Source of the DNA: Snowella sp.
Lineage (GTDB): Bacteria > Cyanobacteriota > Cyanobacteriia > Cyanobacteriales > Microcystaceae
Length of the DNA stretch: 22,052 nt
NCBI GenBank assembly: GCA_035285545.1
Contig: JAYKGY010000092.1
Span: 1-22,052 of the forward strand
Reading direction: 5' to 3'
The notes under the pieces were generated by a model. The model saw only the letters and a program-made list of their open reading frames with translations. It did no database searches and had not been told where the DNA came from. This document shows positions 19,295 to 22,052 of this stretch, in pieces. The position numbers and the translations under genes were made by a program. Positions within the stretch are counted from its first letter, which is position 1, and each line of letters starts with the position of its first letter.

Positions 19295-20743
19295 TCATTC
19301 TTTTAAGCCGCACTTGTGTTTGAACTGAAACCAAATTTTACGCAATTTCCAGAATTTACTGCTCTCCATCGCTGCAATTCTCTCCTGATATTGCAAAAGT
19401 TGATTTTGAACTTCCTCGTAATCAACTTTAAGGTGTTTAGATGAATATTGAACTTGTTCTAGTTCGCTTTGGGTTTGGTCAAGTTGGCTACGAGCTTGAT
19501 GGAGTTCGCTTTGGGTTTGGTCAAGTTGGCTACGAGCTTGATGGAGTTCGCTTTGGGTTTGGTCAAGTTGGCTACGAGTTTGATGGAATTCGCTTTGGGT
19601 TTGGTCAAGTTGGCTACGAGTTTGATGGAGTTCGCTCTGGGTTTGGTCAAGTTGGCTACGAGTTTGATGGAGTTCGCTTTGGGTTTGGTCAAGTTGGCTA
19701 CGAGTTTGATGGAGTTCGCTTTGGGTTTGGTCAAGTTGGCTACGAGTTTGATGGAGTTCGCTCTGGGTTTGGTCAAGTTGGCTACAAGTTTGATGGAGTT
19801 CGCTTTGAGCCTGTTCGGATTGGCTATGAGCTTGGTGAAGCTCGCTCTGAGTTTGTGATAACTGTTCTTGTAGCAGTTCTATCTGGGATTGATTCTTATA
19901 CAATGCGCCAAGTGCCAACATAATAGATCTCATTGGAGTTTGAGAAATGCTAACAGTATTGCCTAACACGTTTGGCTCGACTCCTGAAGCAACAAAATAG
20001 CCATCTGCATTTTCAATAGATGAAGCATCTTCTAAGTACTCTTGCTCAAAAAAGTCATTGGGGAGAGATTGCTTATAAGATTCAAATTGAACTGTTTTTT
20101 CTTTTAAGCTTTGAGGAAGTAAAAGGCAATTTCCTAAAACTGTATGCTGTCCCAGAAAAGTTCCTTCTCCAAAAACACTTAAAAATAAGTCTCGAAATTC
20201 ATTAAATCTAAATTTATGAACATGAAACTCACTGATCCAAGGTGAAATTCGATAATCATTTGGACAAGACATAAAGATCTGTCCTTCCGGTTTTAACAGT
20301 CTTCGCAGTTCAGTCAAAAAGAGCATCGGATGCTGTACGTGTTCAATGGTTTCAAAAGAAACAATTACATCAAAGGAATCATCTGCCAACTCTGGAACTG
20401 ATTGGGCATCGGACTGAATATAACGAATTACATCATGATTGTGAAATTTGCGAGCATAGTCAATGGCCTGTTGTTCGATGTCCACGCCCACGACTTGTTC
20501 AGCTCCTTGTAATGCCATATATTGGGAGCCATAGCCACTGCCACAAGCTATATCTAAGACTTTTTTCCCCTGAATAAATGGGGTAACAAAAGCATAGCGA
20601 ATGAGATGTTCTATGTTCCCCCAAGAGAGATCTATGCCAGTTACGCCTATCATGTGGCGCTCACCTGTATATTTTAATGTTCCATTGGAAATCACGGCTT
20701 CGATGTCCGGACTAGTTTCTTCTAAATTGATCTCAGATGGCAT
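19295..20743 (-). CDS. Class I SAM-dependent methyltransferase with a long C-terminal coiled coil (surface-glycan capping type)
   Basis: TGER, EHLIRY, SAM motif VLDIACGSGYG, SFETIEH, LKPEG, then (QSELHQTRSQLDQT)n and a MESSKFWKLR amphipathic tail. Confidence 0.9.
   Translation of the reverse strand: MPSEINLEETSPDIEAVISNGTLKYTGERHMIGVTGIDLSWGNIEHLIRYAFVTPFIQGKKVLDIACGSGYGSQYMALQGAEQVVGVDIEQQAIDYARKFHNHDVIRYIQSDAQSVPELADDSFDVIVSFETIEHVQHPMLFLTELRRLLKPEGQIFMSCPNDYRISPWISEFHVHKFRFNEFRDLFLSVFGEGTFLGQHTVLGNCLLLPQSLKEKTVQFESYKQSLPNDFFEQEYLEDASSIENADGYFVASGVEPNVLGNTVSISQTPMRSIMLALGALYKNQSQIELLQEQLSQTQSELHQAHSQSEQAQSELHQTCSQLDQTQSELHQTRSQLDQTQSELHQTRSQLDQTQSELHQTRSQLDQTQSELHQTRSQLDQTQSEFHQTRSQLDQTQSELHQARSQLDQTQSELHQARSQLDQTQSELEQVQYSSKHLKVDYEEVQNQLLQYQERIAAMESSKFWKLRKIWFQFKHKCGLKE
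19461..19850. repeat. 42-bp coding tandem repeat: 8 near-identical units plus degenerate ones
   Basis: Unit AGTTCGCTTTGGGTTTGGTCAAGTTGGCTACGAGTTTGATGG starts at 19461, 19503, 19545, 19587, 19629, 19671, 19713 and 19755. Degenerate copies start at 19797 and 19839. Confidence 0.97.
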
Positions 20744-20866
20744 ATTTTTAAGGTACTCAATCTAGCTGTTTTTTGATGTCTCAGTCTAACTTGATTAGGC
20801 ATCTTATGACATTTTTGATGCCATTGTCACGCATAACTAACAACACGATGGGAACATGTCCTTTGG

Positions 20867-21281
20867 TATTGGTGTTTTTTAAATCCGAAAAGTGACAGGG
20901 ACAGAAGTAGGAAAAACGAGATATCTCAAAAGTATTTTGGGAGAATTACAGGACTGGCTTATTTATGGATAGGCAATAAGAATGGTGTACAAATCCAGAT
21001 TATCTATACTTTGATATTCTATACGGTCTTAAATCAATTGGTTAGGAGAAGTAGCGATTACCTTAAATCAACCGAAAGAAAAGATTGCAGTTGAAATGAT
21101 TTTTCGGGGCTTGTACTATGTGGCGAAGGCTATTTCTAGGGATGAAAAGCCTGATACGGTAACCTATTTGACTGAGTGTACTAGGTTATTCGTTTGGTTA
21201 AAGTCGAGCGTAAGCGATATCGAGAGAAAGCCGTTCTCAACCGGCAAATTTGGCAATCCATTTTTTTAATTGACACCAATG
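20867..21281 (+). mobile_element. Degenerate, internally deleted IS4-family element (frameshifted transposase C-terminus plus right IR)
   Basis: From 20951, across two frameshifts: GLAYLWIGNKNGVQIQIIYTLIFYTVLNQLV / GEVAITLNQPKEKIAVEMIFRGLYYVAKAISRDEKPDTVTYL / LVKVERKRYREKAVLNRQIW. Right end TTAATTGACACCAATG (21266-21281); possible left end TATTGGTGTTTTTTAA (12/16 match). Confidence 0.75.
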
Positions 21282-21406
21282 GACGTTGCTATTAAAATGC
21301 TTTTATTAAAAATTAGAATGCTTTCATTAAAAAATCAAAGAAACGCAGTTCGTCTTTCATGGTCTCAACCAGCTAATCTAAATACCTTTGGACACCTAAA
21401 CAACAG

Positions 21407-21943
21407 ATGGCTACTATAAACGTAAACTCAACGAATGGATGGCTTGATGGAGGACGAGTAACTTGGTTCTCGACAATATTCTCAACATTTTCTGATGACT
21501 TCTATTCTTTTAATTTAAAAAATTCCAATGACATTATAGATATTAACTTATATGACATAAGGGGGGGCGATCTAGATCTATTCTTGTATCGTGACACTAA
21601 CTTTAATGGAGTTTGGGATATAAACGATACACAAATTGACGTTTCCAGGCGTGGCGGTACTCAGGAAGAGGTTATTGAAAACATAGCTTCTGAGAGAGCG
21701 AACATCGGTGGTAGCCTTTATTTTGCAAGGGTCAAGGCGTTTTCTATTGATTCTGGCAGACTTCCCACTTACCGAATAGACTTGGTTGCCAAAAATGCCC
21801 CGATTAGTTCTCCCGGCAATGATTCTGAGTTGCTCGTTCTTGGGTCTCTAATTACAAGACGAGGGCGAATTGCTGCGAATGCTACGGAGACCTTTGAGTA
21901 CTCGACTTCTGCTAACGGAACAGTTATAGGAGTTACGCATTGA
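21407..21943 (+). CDS. PPC (pre-peptidase C-terminal)-like domain protein, possibly truncated
   Basis: DDFYSFNL...DLDLFLYRDTNFNG..D....S...GTQEE.I......YFARV pattern. Confidence 0.65.
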   Translation: MATINVNSTNGWLDGGRVTWFSTIFSTFSDDFYSFNLKNSNDIIDINLYDIRGGDLDLFLYRDTNFNGVWDINDTQIDVSRRGGTQEEVIENIASERANIGGSLYFARVKAFSIDSGRLPTYRIDLVAKNAPISSPGNDSELLVLGSLITRRGRIAANATETFEYSTSANGTVIGVTH

Positions 21944-22052
21944 CAAAATTAAAATATAAGAGTAGCAGAAAAATCTAAAGTAGCAAATCAGTGGCAAGAA
22001 AACCGTCAAAGCCTTCAACTGCCAAATGTGATTGTAATCAGTACACATTATT

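Noticed and set aside
19461..19850. CRISPR array or non-coding repeat array
   Set aside because: Units are contiguous with no unique spacers, are a multiple of three, and lie in frame within the methyltransferase. No cas genes are present.
19441..19923. Alternative-frame ORFs 19441-19923(+), 19469-19858(+) and 19459-19776(-)
   Set aside because: These are shadow ORFs that stay open only because the 42-bp unit lacks stop codons in those frames.

Overview
Chromosomal window from a unicellular cyanobacterium. The proteins and the cpc promoter closely resemble my recollection of Synechocystis-type Chroococcales, and there are about 21 HIP1 GCGATCGC sites. Most of it is housekeeping and photosynthesis DNA: mutS, an Npun_F0494-family gene followed by cobQ and a 2Fe-2S protein, the phycocyanin cluster cpcB-cpcA-cpcC-cpcD-cpcE, htpG, a lumenal pentapeptide-repeat protein, yraN and pgi. 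Two accessory patches flank this core. The left patch (about 130-2800) has an acidic lipoprotein, a small membrane protein, a GNAT, an atypical stand-alone ACP between two MITE-like elements, and a DUF433 antitoxin whose PIN toxin is cut to 15 codons. The right patch (about 19.1-22 kb, no HIP1 sites) has a SAM methyltransferase with a coiled coil encoded by a 42-bp tandem repeat, an IS4 remnant and a PPC-domain ORF. No CRISPR array, rRNA or tRNA was seen. The best candidates for undescribed biology are a NifL-type PAS-GGDEF-EAL gene 43 bp after cpcE, where cpcF often sits, and the repeat-expanded 'ruler' methyltransferase. All family assignments come from motif recognition by eye, not from database searches.
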